64,000 bases of DNA from Candidatus Nanopelagicaceae bacterium (GCA_018882885.1 VERG01000001.1:17872-81871); one strand, 5' to 3'; positions 1 through 11,382 are shown, counted from the stretch's first letter. Program-made: numbers and translations. The notes: generated by a model not told the origin, from the letters alone.

Positions 1-1
1 T

Positions 2-247
2 TCAGTTCATTTAACGGAGATGAGAGATGGAATCTTTTACGCGGTATTGAACCTGCAAGGGGGAGTGTCGGTTTCGGCACGGCCGAGCGATGCCATCGCT
101 TTAGCTTTAAGAACGGGGTCACCTATTCTGGGCAGTGAGGACTTGTTAGAGGAAGCCGGAATCGAGATACCTGAACAGGCTGAGGAAGAGGTTGAACGGT
201 TTAAGGAGTTCCTGGATCAAATCTCCCCGGAGGATTTTGCAGGGTAG
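2..247 (+). CDS. Bifunctional nuclease family protein (DUF151), C-terminal part; N-terminus lies off the left edge
   Basis: The reading frame is open to the window edge (SVHLTE precedes the first Met). The acidic C-terminal tail EQAEEEVERFKEFLDQISPEDF is typical of actinobacterial BFN proteins. Synteny BFN-MerR-gcvP matches the mycobacterial Rv1829-Rv1830-Rv1832 block (from memory). Confidence 0.7.
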   Translation, partial: SVHLTEMRDGIFYAVLNLQGGVSVSARPSDAIALALRTGSPILGSEDLLEEAGIEIPEQAEEEVERFKEFLDQISPEDFAG

Positions 248-362
248 AACCCTAAACCTCTAGTTTAGGTTTCAAGTGTGTCGGTTGTTGAATACCGACC
301 CTGCCGGTTCTACCTTTAACCACTATCCCCGTTTTACAAGTAGATATGCGAGGCTTCCCCTC

Positions 363-875
363 ATGAACGGTTCAGAGAACCTTGAACTAGGTTATCGAGG
401 TGCATCAGCCTGTGCTGCTGCCGGAATCTCTTACCGACAATTAGATTATTGGGCACGAACAGGATTGGTTGAGCCAACTGTTAGGGGAGCGGCGGGATCC
501 GGTTCGGCTCGTTTGTATGGTTTCAAAGATATATTGGTTTTAAAGATTGTTAAGAGATTGCTTGATACCGGGGTTTCCTTACAAAATATCCGTACCGCAG
601 TGACGCATCTTCGGGAGCGGGGAGTGGAAGATCTAGCTCGAATTACCTTGATGAGCGATGGCTCTTCGATTTACGAGTGCACTAACTCTGAAGAGATTTT
701 TGATTTACTTCAGGGCGGTCAGGGCGTTTTCGGAATCGCTATAGGCAAGGTTTGGAATGAGGTTGAAGGATCGCTATCCCATCTCCAAGCTGAAAATCTA
801 AGTGATGGCTCGGCGATAACCCAAGAAGATTCCAATGATGAATTGGCAGCGCGCCGTAAATTACGTGGGGCGTAA
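363..875 (+). CDS. MerR family transcriptional regulator
   Basis: N-terminal MerR-type HTH (ACAAAGISYRQLDYWARTGLVEPT ... YGFKDILVLKIVKRLLDTGVSLQNIR). The longest ORF starts at GTG 276, but ATG 363 (MNGSENLELGYRG) with an upstream GAGG fits the family length better. The start is uncertain. Confidence 0.8.
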   Translation: MNGSENLELGYRGASACAAAGISYRQLDYWARTGLVEPTVRGAAGSGSARLYGFKDILVLKIVKRLLDTGVSLQNIRTAVTHLRERGVEDLARITLMSDGSSIYECTNSEEIFDLLQGGQGVFGIAIGKVWNEVEGSLSHLQAENLSDGSAITQEDSNDELAARRKLRGA

Positions 876-903
876 AACACTGTAAACCCTTATTCTTCTC
901 GCC

Positions 904-3744
904 ATGGCGCGAAAAGAGTTTGTTGATCGACATATCGGTCCTTCAAATGATCAGATTTCAACCATGCTCCACGAGTTGGGATATGACAACTTGGAAAAAT
1001 TCATATCAGATGTTTTGCCAGACTCAATTAAATTATTAGAGAAGTTTGGTCAACAGTTGCCACCAGCAGCCTCCGAAGAGGAGACAATCGCTGAGTTAAG
1101 AAAGTTGGCGGCAGAGAATCAAGTATTGGATTCATTAATTGGAATGGGCTATTACGGCACCATCACGCCACCAGTTGTTTTAAGAAATGTTTTAGAGAAT
1201 CCAGCTTGGTACACCGCTTACACTCCATATCAACCGGAGATTAGTCAGGGTCGACTTGAGGCGCTTTTCGCATTTCAAACCATGGTTAGTGATTTAACGG
1301 GGTTGCCAATCTGTAACGCATCTATGTTAGATGAATCAACAGCAGCCGCTGAAGCGATGACTCTGGCACGCAGAACATCAAAACTTTCAGATGAAGCGCG
1401 GTTTTTGATTGATTCACGGGTTCATCCTCAAACTCAAGCCGTTGTAATAGCACGTGCTAAACCTCTTAGAATTCAGATCGAGATAGTTGATTTTTCAGCA
1501 CCAGTAGAAATCAAAGAGGTGTTTGGAGTTTTACTTCAATATCCTGACACTTTCGGTGATTTGAGAGATTTCTCCACACTAATTCAACAAGTTCAGGCAC
1601 AGGATGGATTAGTTGTAATGGCAACTGATTTGTTGGCTCTTACTCTGATTAAATCACCGGGGGAGTGGCAGGCAGATATCGCGGTTGGTTCTGCACAAAG
1701 ATTTGGTGTTCCAATGGGATTCGGTGGTCCGCATGCTGGTTTTATGGCGGTAAGAACAGGATTAGAGAGAGCTCTTCCAGGACGTTTAGTTGGCCAAAGT
1801 ATTGATGCGCATGGAAATCCGGCGTTGCGTTTAGCTCTCCAAACCCGAGAGCAACACATTCGTCGTGATAAAGCCACAAGCAATATCTGTACCGCTCAAG
1901 TCTTGTTAGCGGTCATCGCTGCCTTCTACGGAGCGTGGCATGGTCCCGAAGGTTTGAAAGAGATTGCGATCCGAGTGCACAAACACGCCAGACGCTTTGC
2001 AGCAGTTGTTAAGACTGCCGGTTATGAACTTAATTCAGTTAATTTCTTTGACACCGTAACCTTTTACGCCAGCAATGCCAGTGCTCTAGTTGAAAGTGCA
2101 CTCAAGTTCGGAATCAATGTCAGAAAGATTGATGGTGGAGTGAGCGTTGCCTTTGATGAAAAAACTAACGAGGCACTACTTGAGAGATTATTCAAAGCAT
2201 GGGGATTGGCTGCATCTGATCAATACATTGGATCAATTCCTGCTGCTCGTACAACCTCATATCTACAACACCCGATATTCAACTCCTACCATTCAGAAAC
2301 CTCCATGTTGCGCTACATCAGAACCCTCTCTGATAGAGATCTAGCGCTAGATCGAACCATGATTCCTCTTGGCTCTTGCACTATGAAGTTAAACGCCACC
2401 ACTGAGATGCAGGCCGTAACCTGGCCCGAATTCGCTGACCTACACCCCTTTGCACCGGCGGCTCAAACTCAAGGAACTAGAAAATTAATCAACCAGCTGT
2501 CTAAATGGTTAGTTGATGTCACGGGATATGACGCGGTCTCTCTCCAACCAAATGCCGGTTCGCAGGGTGAGTTTGCAGGGCTGCTTGCAATTCGCAACTA
2601 TCTAGACTCCAGGGGAGAGGGAGAGCGGGATATATGCCTGATTCCCTCCAGCGCTCATGGCACCAATGCAGCAAGTGCTGTGATGGCTGGCATGCGTGTG
2701 GTTGTGGTTGCCTGTGACGAACAAGGAAATGTTTCACTCACAGATCTTGCAGAAAAGATCGCGGAGTATCGGCAGCGTTTAGCAGCATTGATGGTTACCT
2801 ACCCATCCACCCATGGGGTTTTTGAAGCGGCCATCACGCAGATCTGCGGCATGATTCATGATGCCGGAGGTCAGGTTTATGTAGATGGCGCGAATTTGAA
2901 TGCATTAGTTGGATTAGCTCAACCTGGAAAATTTGGCGCCGATGTTTCTCATTTGAATTTACACAAAACATTTTGTATCCCTCACGGTGGCGGGGGACCT
3001 GGAGTTGGTCCTGTTATTGCTAGACGACATTTAGCGCCATATCTGCCTAATCATCCTTTAGATCCAACAGCTGGACCCATAACAGGCCCTGGCCCAATTA
3101 GCGCCGCACCTTTTGGTTCTGCCTTAATTCTGCCCATCTCATGGGCGTACATACGAATGATGGGTGCAGCTGGTTTAACAAGAGCCACTCAAGTTGCCAT
3201 CCTGTCCGCGAATTACATAGCGAAAAAACTAAACTCAGCTTTTCCAACTTTATATACAGGCAAGAATGGCTTTATCGCTCATGAATGCATTATTGATATA
3301 CGTGACATAACCAAGAAAACAGGGGTAACAGTTGATGACCTGGCAAAAAGGTTGATGGATTTTGGTTTTCACGCCCCAACTATGAGCTTTCCAGTAGCTG
3401 GAACCCTGATGATCGAACCTACCGAAAGTGAAGATGTGGGAGAGATTGATCGCTTTATCTCAGCGATGCTAAAAATTTCCGAAGAGATTCAGGCGATTGA
3501 AGCGGGTCAGTATCAGCTTGAGGATTCGCCTCTACGCAACGCGCCCCACACCGCCGAAACCGTGGTTTCGGATAATTGGAAGAGAGGTTATTCGCGAGAG
3601 CAGGCAGCATTTCCAGATGGAGTTTCGATTGGTATGGCTCGCAGAGGTAAGTATTGGCCAACCGTGGGTCGAATTGATGGGGCTTACGGGGATAGGAACC
3701 TGGTTTGTGCCTGCGAACCGATTGAATCCCTAGCGATCAATTAA
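904..3744 (+). CDS. gcvP: Glycine dehydrogenase (aminomethyl-transferring), single-chain P protein of the glycine cleavage system
   Basis: 946 aa, collinear with GcvP. Motifs include [29 protein letters not shown] and the PLP-lysine region [19 protein letters not shown]. Confidence 0.97.
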   Translation: MARKEFVDRHIGPSNDQISTMLHELGYDNLEKFISDVLPDSIKLLEKFGQQLPPAASEEETIAELRKLAAENQVLDSLIGMGYYGTITPPVVLRNVLENPAWYTAYTPYQPEISQGRLEALFAFQTMVSDLTGLPICNASMLDESTAAAEAMTLARRTSKLSDEARFLIDSRVHPQTQAVVIARAKPLRIQIEIVDFSAPVEIKEVFGVLLQYPDTFGDLRDFSTLIQQVQAQDGLVVMATDLLALTLIKSPGEWQADIAVGSAQRFGVPMGFGGPHAGFMAVRTGLERALPGRLVGQSIDAHGNPALRLALQTREQHIRRDKATSNICTAQVLLAVIAAFYGAWHGPEGLKEIAIRVHKHARRFAAVVKTAGYELNSVNFFDTVTFYASNASALVESALKFGINVRKIDGGVSVAFDEKTNEALLERLFKAWGLAASDQYIGSIPAARTTSYLQHPIFNSYHSETSMLRYIRTLSDRDLALDRTMIPLGSCTMKLNATTEMQAVTWPEFADLHPFAPAAQTQGTRKLINQLSKWLVDVTGYDAVSLQPNAGSQGEFAGLLAIRNYLDSRGEGERDICLIPSSAHGTNAASAVMAGMRVVVVACDEQGNVSLTDLAEKIAEYRQRLAALMVTYPSTHGVFEAAITQICGMIHDAGGQVYVDGANLNALVGLAQPGKFGADVSHLNLHKTFCIPHGGGGPGVGPVIARRHLAPYLPNHPLDPTAGPITGPGPISAAPFGSALILPISWAYIRMMGAAGLTRATQVAILSANYIAKKLNSAFPTLYTGKNGFIAHECIIDIRDITKKTGVTVDDLAKRLMDFGFHAPTMSFPVAGTLMIEPTESEDVGEIDRFISAMLKISEEIQAIEAGQYQLEDSPLRNAPHTAETVVSDNWKRGYSREQAAFPDGVSIGMARRGKYWPTVGRIDGAYGDRNLVCACEPIESLAIN

Positions 3745-3765
3745 GTTTACTTAACATAATGTAGA

Positions 3766-5175
3766 TTATCGGCGATTACCTAGCAAACCTGCCAACATAA
3801 ACAACCCACCTAAAGCCGCCCAAAATCCGCTGCCAAGGCTGCTGGCCAAGGTGTTATTTGGATTGGAACTCATCTTCATGTCCAGAGTTCCTGGCTCGAA
3901 CTGCTTTAGTGCAGCAATCTGATCGCCATTTTGATCCAAATGAACGGTAAAACCTGTGGTGCTTACGACCGCAATCTCTTTTTTCAATTCGGCAGATCTA
4001 GCTCGGGTGATCTGTAGTTGTTGGGCTGCCTGAGAACTGGCTCCAAAGGTGGCGTTGTTGGTCTGTGCAATCAAAAAATCCATGTCACGCGCACCCGCTC
4101 TGACATGATCATCATCCAAAACTTCAAAGCAGATGAAACTCTGAAAGGATCTATCTGCTAATTTGATCGGATTCCATCTATCACCAGGCACAAAATCATT
4201 TACCGCTTGCGCATATCCAGATATCTTTTCTGCGAGAAAACGTAAGGGTATGTACTCGCCAAATGGCGCTAAATCTTGCTTGACATAACGTGAAGCGATG
4301 CTGCCATCTGGATTGTATAGAACACTAGAGTTCTTGGGACCCAAATTAGATTTCTCTACGGTTCCGGTCAATAGATTGGCGGAGTTTTCACGAATGAATC
4401 TCATAAGCTTTTCTTGAGCCACTTTATTGACAGTTGGATCGACATCTACGGAATTTTCAGGCCATAAAATCAGATCTGTATCCTTTGGAATTTTACTTGC
4501 ATCAATATGGCGTTGCAGTACCTCGAGTGCACGGCTATTGAAATCCAGTCCTAAATTAGTAACCCCACCCTGCACAGCCGAGATATTGAACCCTTCGACG
4601 CCGGCATAACTATTAGGAATAATCTGATTAACCGTAAACACAAGGAAGATCCCAATAAAGTAGCGGGCTTTTTTCAACACAAGTAATGCCGAGACCAATA
4701 GGCTGAAAAAAGTTATGCCTGCAACTCCTAACCATGGATATAAATAATTAAGAGCATCTATTTGGGTAAAACCAATACGTCCCCATCCAAATCCCCCAAA
4801 TGGAAACTTCATACGAAACAGCTCAACAACAAGGAAAACTCCCGCAAAACTAATTGCGCCAGTGATATTTCTCTGCAAAGGAATCAAGGAAATCAGGGCA
4901 AATAGCAAGGCCTCCCCTGTCGCGAGAATCAACCAGGGAGTTGCCCCCACATAGGTTGAGCTCCAATGCAGCAAGGGAAGAAAGAAAGCAATGCCAACCA
5001 AACAAGAGGTAAGAATTCGTTCCGAAAAAGGCTTCTCAGCAAGAAGATAGAAAAGTAGAGCTCCGCCAATAATCGGTAGGAATCCAACTTCAATCGGTGC
5101 AAAACCGCCCCAAAAGAGAAGCCCGGCAAGAACCGCGATTGGTAGCCGAAGAAATGACTTCATGGTTATCGCCAT
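3766..5175 (-). CDS. lnt: Apolipoprotein N-acyltransferase
   Basis: Multi-TM N-terminal half is followed by a CN-hydrolase domain with Glu (LILWPENS), Lys (VKQDLAPFGEY) and Cys (ICFEVLDD) triad contexts, then a C-terminal TM helix. An alternative start lies at 5163. Confidence 0.85.
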   Translation of the reverse strand: MAITMKSFLRLPIAVLAGLLFWGGFAPIEVGFLPIIGGALLFYLLAEKPFSERILTSCLVGIAFFLPLLHWSSTYVGATPWLILATGEALLFALISLIPLQRNITGAISFAGVFLVVELFRMKFPFGGFGWGRIGFTQIDALNYLYPWLGVAGITFFSLLVSALLVLKKARYFIGIFLVFTVNQIIPNSYAGVEGFNISAVQGGVTNLGLDFNSRALEVLQRHIDASKIPKDTDLILWPENSVDVDPTVNKVAQEKLMRFIRENSANLLTGTVEKSNLGPKNSSVLYNPDGSIASRYVKQDLAPFGEYIPLRFLAEKISGYAQAVNDFVPGDRWNPIKLADRSFQSFICFEVLDDDHVRAGARDMDFLIAQTNNATFGASSQAAQQLQITRARSAELKKEIAVVSTTGFTVHLDQNGDQIAALKQFEPGTLDMKMSSNPNNTLASSLGSGFWAALGGLFMLAGLLGNRR

Positions 5176-6071
5176 TTCAAAGCATCAAACAAGCGCTCAA
5201 CGCTAGCTCCCAGGCCGTAATCTTCCTTCATTTGGGTTAGATACTTTGCTTTCTCTGGTTTGGTGGGGATTTTTAAATCAAAATCAGGCAAGCGAATATC
5301 ACTAGCGCACCTCACTAGACGCTCGGCAATTTGCGCATATTCAATATTAGCTAGAATTTTTTTCCGCAATTTTTCAGATAATTTTGGGTCTGCATTCTGC
5401 GCTGCAGAAATCACATCGTCCATACTCTCAAAACTCCGCGCAATCTCTGCTGCACCTTTCTCTCCAATCCCCCGGATACCTGGTAAGCCGTCAGATGCAT
5501 CACCCCTGATCATCGCGAATAGGTCATAACGATCGCCCGGAATGTTGTACCTCTGCGCAATCCATTCATGATCGACCAAATCATGGTTACTAATTCCCTT
5601 TGCTAAATAAGCAACATGAACATCTCTCTTATCATCAACTAATTGGAATAGGTCACGATCACCGGTAACAATTCGTGTTGGACCGGGCTCACGTTTTGCC
5701 ATCGTGGCAATGACATCATCGGCTTCATAATCATCAATTCCAATTAAGGGAATACCCGCTGCCTCAAAAAAATCCAGAATAAGTGGGATTTGTGGAGTGA
5801 GCAGATCTGGCTCCTCTTCCTCGCCGTCCTCCTCGTCGACTCGATTCATTTTGTAATCGGGATAAAGCTCAACTCGCCAGGACGGTCTCCAATCCCCATC
5901 TAAACAAAGAGCCATCCGACTTGGCTTATAAACATTAATCAATCTAGAGGTCATATCTAAAAACCCCTTAACCGCATTAATTGGCTCTCCCGATGGTGAC
6001 ACTAAAGTGTCTGGCATCCCGTAATACGCTCGATACCAAAGCGAGGCGCTATCAATTAGTAAGAGAGTCAC
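5166..6071 (-). CDS. 5'-3' exonuclease (FEN / PolI N-terminal-like, stand-alone)
   Basis: PIN-like N-terminal domain (LLIDSASLWYRAYYG, EADDVIAT, TGDRDLFQL) and H3TH motif (SDGLPGIRGIGEKGAAEI). It sits next to helY as in mycobacteria. Confidence 0.9.
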   Translation of the reverse strand: MTLLLIDSASLWYRAYYGMPDTLVSPSGEPINAVKGFLDMTSRLINVYKPSRMALCLDGDWRPSWRVELYPDYKMNRVDEEDGEEEEPDLLTPQIPLILDFFEAAGIPLIGIDDYEADDVIATMAKREPGPTRIVTGDRDLFQLVDDKRDVHVAYLAKGISNHDLVDHEWIAQRYNIPGDRYDLFAMIRGDASDGLPGIRGIGEKGAAEIARSFESMDDVISAAQNADPKLSEKLRKKILANIEYAQIAERLVRCASDIRLPDFDLKIPTKPEKAKYLTQMKEDYGLGASVERLFDALKWR

Positions 6072-8449
6072 GCCAAAACCGCCGAATAGGTTATTACTCC
6101 CCTATCTATACGCTTCAAAGCATCTTGAATCACTGATTGCATCTCCGGCTTTGCATTTCTAAGCTGACCAAGAAGATCGATAATTTGTCGAATTGCGCGG
6201 ACAAAATCACCAACAACTATGTCAGTCTCTCTAAGGATTGATTGAAGTGAGTTTCCACTTGCCCAACGATACGCACTCCAAGCTAAGTCGAAATTGGGTT
6301 CCCGAGTAGATTGAACCCCACAACTCTCTTCAAGCATTGCAATCTTTGACCAAAGCGAAACGACCTCGGGCATTATCCTCTCCAGGGTTCGAGGCAGACG
6401 AGGCGTTCGGCTCCGTTCACCGCGGCCTTCAAAAATTAGGGCGGACAATAAACCAACTAACTCAGCTGCTGGAAGAGTCTTGAGGACATCGGAATGTAGA
6501 AGCTCCGCTAAAAATAGATCACTTTCAGCATACACCTTTGTAAGTGTCAATCCTTTCGGGGTAAGCCTTCCATCGTAGATGTAATCCAACTCATTCAAAA
6601 CTTCGCAGACCCGATCAAATGTTTTTGGGATGACATTTGTCCTGCTCTCCATACGAGATTTCAGACCCTCAGACTCTCTCTGAAGGCGCAGCGCCTTTTC
6701 CAATATTCGAGCATGCGCTTCTCTCTCCGGACAGGCATGACAGGGATGATTTTTCATCTCTCTTCTTAAATCAGCGATTGATTCATCCAAACGTGCATGA
6801 TTGCTCTTTCGGTTTCCGTATCTTCTGCGCTGTGAATACTCATTTTCCAGAGTCTTTATCTCTGACCTGAACTTCATATACTCTGAAAAGTTCCCCAAAT
6901 GGCAGACAACCTTTGTTTCGATTTCTGCGATAGAGCTCTGATTTTTTGCAATCTGCTTTGCTAAGCCCACTACCGCCTTATCCGCTTGAAACTGCGCAAA
7001 ACTGGATCCTAAAGATTCGCGTGCCTTTTCATGACCAAACCTTGCTATCAAATTAGCGCTCATGTTGTAGGTTGGATTGAAAGAGGATCTCAAAGGATAG
7101 GTTCTAGTACTGGCTAGGCCAGCTGCCATTCCACTATCTATCTGCTCGCTCCACATGACTAAAGCATTTCCTTCAATATCAATTCCACGTCGTCCAGCAC
7201 GCCCAGTTAACTGTGTGTACTCCCCTGGCGAAATAACCGCATGAGTTTCACCATTCCATTTAATTAACTTCTCAAGTACAACCGATCGTGCTGGCATGTT
7301 GATACCTAACGCTAATGTTTCGGTTGCAAAAACAACTTTTAATAATCCTTTTTGAAACAACTCTTCAACAGTCTCCTTAAACATTGGTAAGAGACCGGCG
7401 TGATGCGATCCGATGCCCCGCTCTAACGCGGCCGCCCATTCATAGAAACCCAAAACACCAAAATCTTCGACCGGCAGCTCATGGGTGCGAAGGCCAATAA
7501 TCTCTCGAATCTCATCCTTTTCTTGGGTATTTGTAAGCGATAAACCCGCCCTGATACAGGAGGCCACAGCTGCGTCACAACCGGTTCTTGAAAAAATGAA
7601 ATATATGGCCGGTAAAAATCCCCTATGTTCTAGCTTTTCCACTACCTCTGGCCTGGTAAGAGATTTTATTGTTGAGTATTTATTTTCTTTCCATGTGCCA
7701 CCTGGGATACGTTTTATCGAGTTACGCTCTAGGCGGGTCAGCTCTGGATTTACCTTGCCTTCATCAACGAATAGATCAAGAATTCGATTGCCTATCAAAA
7801 TGTGTTGGTAGAGCGGAACCGGTCTAATTTCGCTGAGTACAACATCGGTTTCTCCTCTAACGGTCTTGAGCCATTCTCCGAACTCCTCTGCATTTGAAAC
7901 TGTAGCTGACAGAGAAACCACCTGTATTCGCTCCGGCAGATGAATCAGAATCTCCTCCCAGACAGCTCCACGGAACTTGTCAGCGAGATAGTGAACCTCA
8001 TCCATTACTACATAACCCAGATCATCAACCGAATTAACATCGGCGTAAATCATGTTGCGGAGTACCTCTGTAGTCATGACAACGATGCGTGCCGCGCTAT
8101 TAATCGAAGAGTCTCCCGTGAGAAGTCCAACCTCAGATTCTCCATACACCGAAACTAGCTCTTGATACTTTTGATTGGAAAGGGCCTTTATTGGAGTGGT
8201 GTAAAAGCACCGATTGCCAAAATGCTCCGAGAGATAGGTCGCAAACTCGCCCACAATAGTTTTTCCGGCTCCGGTAGGTGCAGCAACTAAGACACTCTTG
8301 CCATCCTCCAGACTATGACAGCCTGCCAGTTGGAAATCATCAAAGGAAAAGTCATAACGCTGCATAAACTGATTGGTGAGCTGATATTTGCTGCGAAGTT
8401 TTGCGGCACGGTATTTCTCAGCCGGAGTCAAAGCGTTCATTTTCTCCAT
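6068..8449 (-). CDS. helY: Ski2-like DEAD/DEAH-box helicase HelY
   Basis: Walker A AAPTGAGKT, DEVH box, SAT motif (SLSATVSN) and HHAGLLP. The C-terminal DSHCT-like region and the position next to tatC match actinobacterial HelY. Confidence 0.9.
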   Translation of the reverse strand: MEKMNALTPAEKYRAAKLRSKYQLTNQFMQRYDFSFDDFQLAGCHSLEDGKSVLVAAPTGAGKTIVGEFATYLSEHFGNRCFYTTPIKALSNQKYQELVSVYGESEVGLLTGDSSINSAARIVVMTTEVLRNMIYADVNSVDDLGYVVMDEVHYLADKFRGAVWEEILIHLPERIQVVSLSATVSNAEEFGEWLKTVRGETDVVLSEIRPVPLYQHILIGNRILDLFVDEGKVNPELTRLERNSIKRIPGGTWKENKYSTIKSLTRPEVVEKLEHRGFLPAIYFIFSRTGCDAAVASCIRAGLSLTNTQEKDEIREIIGLRTHELPVEDFGVLGFYEWAAALERGIGSHHAGLLPMFKETVEELFQKGLLKVVFATETLALGINMPARSVVLEKLIKWNGETHAVISPGEYTQLTGRAGRRGIDIEGNALVMWSEQIDSGMAAGLASTRTYPLRSSFNPTYNMSANLIARFGHEKARESLGSSFAQFQADKAVVGLAKQIAKNQSSIAEIETKVVCHLGNFSEYMKFRSEIKTLENEYSQRRRYGNRKSNHARLDESIADLRREMKNHPCHACPEREAHARILEKALRLQRESEGLKSRMESRTNVIPKTFDRVCEVLNELDYIYDGRLTPKGLTLTKVYAESDLFLAELLHSDVLKTLPAAELVGLLSALIFEGRGERSRTPRLPRTLERIMPEVVSLWSKIAMLEESCGVQSTREPNFDLAWSAYRWASGNSLQSILRETDIVVGDFVRAIRQIIDLLGQLRNAKPEMQSVIQDALKRIDRGVITYSAVLA

Positions 8450-9300
8450 ACCTTAAGCCCGCCTTCGACTATCTCGGCTGTGACGGGAAGATCTCCAATT
8501 CTTTCTCCATCTGCATATGCGATAGCTTCAGATTCAATTTCAATCCGCTTTCCACTAAGGAATTTGACCGCTGGGTGAGATGTGTGAGCGCCGCGATATA
8601 CCTTCGGAAATACCTTAATGAACTCGAGTTTTGAAACCGGACCTACAATCATGACATCTAGTAATCCGTCCTGCGGGTCAGATTTCGGCGAGATGAGCAT
8701 CCCTCCGCCATAACAATTTCCATTAGCCACCGCGATAAGCATTGCTTTTGTCTCAAAACCTACTCCATCAACCTCAAAGCGATAGCTCTTCGGTCTAAAT
8801 TTCAAGAGCTCGAACACTATTGCAAAGTTGTACTTCATTCGACCTTTGATAATCGGTAGTGAGTTAGCTCGTTCATTAACCAAGGAATCAAATCCTGTGC
8901 TCAAAATCTGAACAAAATATCTATTCCTTACGACACCTAAATCTATTGATGTAGGGAGTGAGTCAAAGCAAGCATCCAAGTTCTTAATGGGATCCTTTAG
9001 GTTAAGCCCTAAAGTTCGAGCAAAATCATTACCCGTACCAGCGGGTATGACAGCCAGAGGAACATTGGTTTTGGCAAGTGATTGAATAGCCAAATTGATG
9101 GTTCCATCCCCACCAATAACGATCAGGCCCTGCAATTCATCTTTTCTTAATGAACGGAGATTGTTTGCAGCAGTTTCTCGTTCCGGTCCGGAATAATCGT
9201 AAAACTCTTGATTTCGACTGTGAAGAATCTGAATTACTTGACTCTTTAGTTGTTTTCCTTTTCCACCACCAGAGTATGGATTAGAGAATAAACCCCACAT
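8437..9300 (-). CDS. Diacylglycerol kinase family lipid kinase (YegS/DagK-like)
   Basis: N-terminal NPxSGGGKG and the catalytic-domain signature VIGGDGTIN, followed by PAGTGNDFAR. Confidence 0.85.
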   Translation of the reverse strand: MWGLFSNPYSGGGKGKQLKSQVIQILHSRNQEFYDYSGPERETAANNLRSLRKDELQGLIVIGGDGTINLAIQSLAKTNVPLAVIPAGTGNDFARTLGLNLKDPIKNLDACFDSLPTSIDLGVVRNRYFVQILSTGFDSLVNERANSLPIIKGRMKYNFAIVFELLKFRPKSYRFEVDGVGFETKAMLIAVANGNCYGGGMLISPKSDPQDGLLDVMIVGPVSKLEFIKVFPKVYRGAHTSHPAVKFLSGKRIEIESEAIAYADGERIGDLPVTAEIVEGGLKVWRK

Positions 9301-9303
9301 TTT

Positions 9304-10131
9304 CTATGGTTCGAGGTTGTCTATTGGAGTAGCTGCTTCTATGGGAGCCGCCTCATCATCGCCGATTGATCTACTCTTATGCTCTCGTCTTTTGTCTACC
9401 AAAAGACCGATTCCACCGGCTCCAAAATAAAACGCGATTAAAGGCAAGGCCAGCGCTGCCATCGAAAGTGGATCCGCAGTTGGCGAGAAAGCCGCCACAA
9501 AGAAGGTGATGGCAAAGATGGCAAAGCGCCAAGGCTTCAAAATCGAACGTCCAGACAAGACACCTATCAAGTTGAGAGAAACAAGAAAGACTGGGAGTTC
9601 AAAAGCGATTCCAAAAATCAGAATCAACCTAAGTACAAAATCGAGATAATCATCAAATCGGATTAGGTTGTTCAAAGATTCCGGGGTGAATCCAAAGAGA
9701 ACCTCTATCGCTAAGGGCAGAACGTAGTAGGCCAGGGCCGCACCTACGGCAAAAAAGGGTGTAGCGGCCGCTATAAAGAGGATTGAGTTGCGTTTCTCTT
9801 TCCGGTGAAGGGCGGGAGCAATAAATGCCCAAAGCTGATAAAGCCAGAACGGGGCCGATAAAATTACGCCGGTCAAAAAAGAAACCTTTAGCTGCAAATT
9901 AAGTGGACCTAGAACTCCGCTAATAAACAAGGCGCCGCAGTTCTGAGAGCCAGTTTCCTGAGCCAACCGCAAATCACATACTGGAGCGGCCAGCGTTGCA
10001 ATGATCTCGTTGTAGTTAACCCAACCAACGGCACTGAAAATTACGATGAATAGAGCGGACCGGATTACCCGCTTGCGCAGTTCACGTAGATGATCCAATA
10101 GAGGCATTGTGCCGCGATTTTTGCGAGCCAT
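9304..10131 (-). CDS. tatC: Twin-arginine translocase subunit TatC
   Basis: N-terminal MPLLDHLRELRKR and six predicted TM segments. It lies directly downstream of tatA. Confidence 0.93.
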   Translation of the reverse strand: MARKNRGTMPLLDHLRELRKRVIRSALFIVIFSAVGWVNYNEIIATLAAPVCDLRLAQETGSQNCGALFISGVLGPLNLQLKVSFLTGVILSAPFWLYQLWAFIAPALHRKEKRNSILFIAAATPFFAVGAALAYYVLPLAIEVLFGFTPESLNNLIRFDDYLDFVLRLILIFGIAFELPVFLVSLNLIGVLSGRSILKPWRFAIFAITFFVAAFSPTADPLSMAALALPLIAFYFGAGGIGLLVDKRREHKSRSIGDDEAAPIEAATPIDNLEP

Positions 10132-10173
10132 AAATCCTCACTAACGCAATTTCATCCCAAGGTAATTGGGCGA

Positions 10174-10362
10174 TTAATTGGAGCTTTTATCTCCGTCTTC
10201 GTCCTTCTTATCCTCTTTATTAAGCTCTTTTACCTCGCTCTTGAAGATGCGTAGAGAACGACCCAGTGAGCGCGCAGAATCAGGAAGGCGCTTGGCGCCG
10301 AAAAGAATAACTACAACAAGTATTAGAAGGAGCCAGTGTGATGGTTCGCGTAGACCAAACAT
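10174..10362 (-). CDS. tatA: Twin-arginine translocase subunit TatA/E
   Basis: 62 aa with a single TM helix, then [21 protein letters not shown] and a charged tail. Confidence 0.9.
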   Translation of the reverse strand: MFGLREPSHWLLLILVVVILFGAKRLPDSARSLGRSLRIFKSEVKELNKEDKKDEDGDKSSN

Positions 10363-10452
10363 TGTTAGATACCTCTCGGATTCGCTCGGTTAGGCGCCAA
10401 CGCTATCACGGAAGAGGTTGGACCCCGAGGGCAGGGATTTAAGAAAACGCCT

Positions 10453-11382
10453 TTAGATAGAGAGCTCTCGGTATCGCTCCAAACTCAGTTCCGCCTCTTC
10501 GCGTAGTGAGTTGCGCACCTTTTCAGGGCCCAATATCTCTAATCCTCGGATAGAAAAAACTGTTCGCAGCAACCACCGATCTTGGAAAATCTTTATAACA
10601 TAAATGTTATCCCCAGCCCTCTCAAAATCTCCACTGATGCTAGAGATCAATGAAGGATCATCACCATTGTCCCTCAAAGTCACTTCGGCGCCATCAGTTA
10701 CCTCCGATGAAACAGTAAACGCAACTGAGGGATTATCAGTTTCAATCGCACTAATTATTTGAGCTAATTTGAAGCTCCGAACAGCGCCGACTTTATGACA
10801 GAACGCATGCAATGTGGTTCCATGATCCGTATTGAGCAACGCTAGCGGTGAAACCTCTCTGCTTGAAACCTCATCCTTAGTCAGATTCAAATACTCAATG
10901 CGCAGATTGTGGAGTGATTGAATAGCACTCTCGATAACTTTTTGAATTCGCAACTCTTTATCTATTTCTACATGCAATGCGTTTTCTGGAAGCACACTAT
11001 TAAAAATTTCAGAGAGCTTGTCTTGAAGAGCAGAGATCTCTGCCCTCTTGTCCTTATCGCTAATCAAATCATGAAGAGAGCTAAGCGCAATTCTCGTAAC
11101 TATCGTCTCTGAGATTGTTAAATTTCGGGGTTGAGAGAGGTTTTGCGGATCTCTTAGATAAACCTCTTCATCTTCAAATGAGATATCTATCAACTCTAAA
11201 GGGGTGTAGCCGGGAAGCCCACAAACAAAAAGCAAATTCAAATCTTTGAGAATCTCCTCTTTAGAAACATCAAACTCTGATGCCAGGCGATGTATTGAGA
11301 TGCCTTGGTTCTCCAAAATAAAGGGAACTAAGTCAAGTAATCGCAGCGCTCGCTCTGCAGCAGTTTCACTCATGTTGCTCAC
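10453..11382 (-). CDS. pafC: HTH/WYL-domain transcriptional regulator PafC
   Basis: N-terminus ERALRLLDLVPFILENQGISIHRLASEFDVSKEEILKDLNLLFVCGLPGYTPLELID is the characteristic PafC signature. It overlaps pafB by 17 nt and precedes tatA, as in other actinobacteria. Confidence 0.8.
   Translation of the reverse strand: MSNMSETAAERALRLLDLVPFILENQGISIHRLASEFDVSKEEILKDLNLLFVCGLPGYTPLELIDISFEDEEVYLRDPQNLSQPRNLTISETIVTRIALSSLHDLISDKDKRAEISALQDKLSEIFNSVLPENALHVEIDKELRIQKVIESAIQSLHNLRIEYLNLTKDEVSSREVSPLALLNTDHGTTLHAFCHKVGAVRSFKLAQIISAIETDNPSVAFTVSSEVTDGAEVTLRDNGDDPSLISSISGDFERAGDNIYVIKIFQDRWLLRTVFSIRGLEILGPEKVRNSLREEAELSLERYRELSI

Noticed and set aside
251-316. Three elements upstream of the MerR gene:
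- hairpin CCTAAAC-CTCTA-GTTTAGG followed by TTT (251-272) after the BFN stop
- 6-bp inverted repeat GTCGGT-N8-ACCGAC (280-299)
- possible TTGAAT-17-TACCTT promoter
   Set aside because: The hairpin is short and AT-rich. A 6-bp inverted repeat is expected many times by chance in 64 kb. The element does not match the PafBC/RecA-NDp motif (TGTCGGTG-N8-TANNNT) as I recall it. The region may even be coding if the GTG at 276 is the true start. It is too weak to call as a terminator or operator.
876-903. Glycine riboswitch upstream of gcvP
   Set aside because: Only 28 nt separate the MerR stop from the gcvP start, which is far too short for a glycine riboswitch aptamer.
10363-10452. 90-nt spacer between pafC and tatA containing GACCCCGAGGGCAGGG
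   Set aside because: Only a 3-4 bp GC hairpin with no flanking U-run, so there is insufficient structure to call a terminator or an RNA element.
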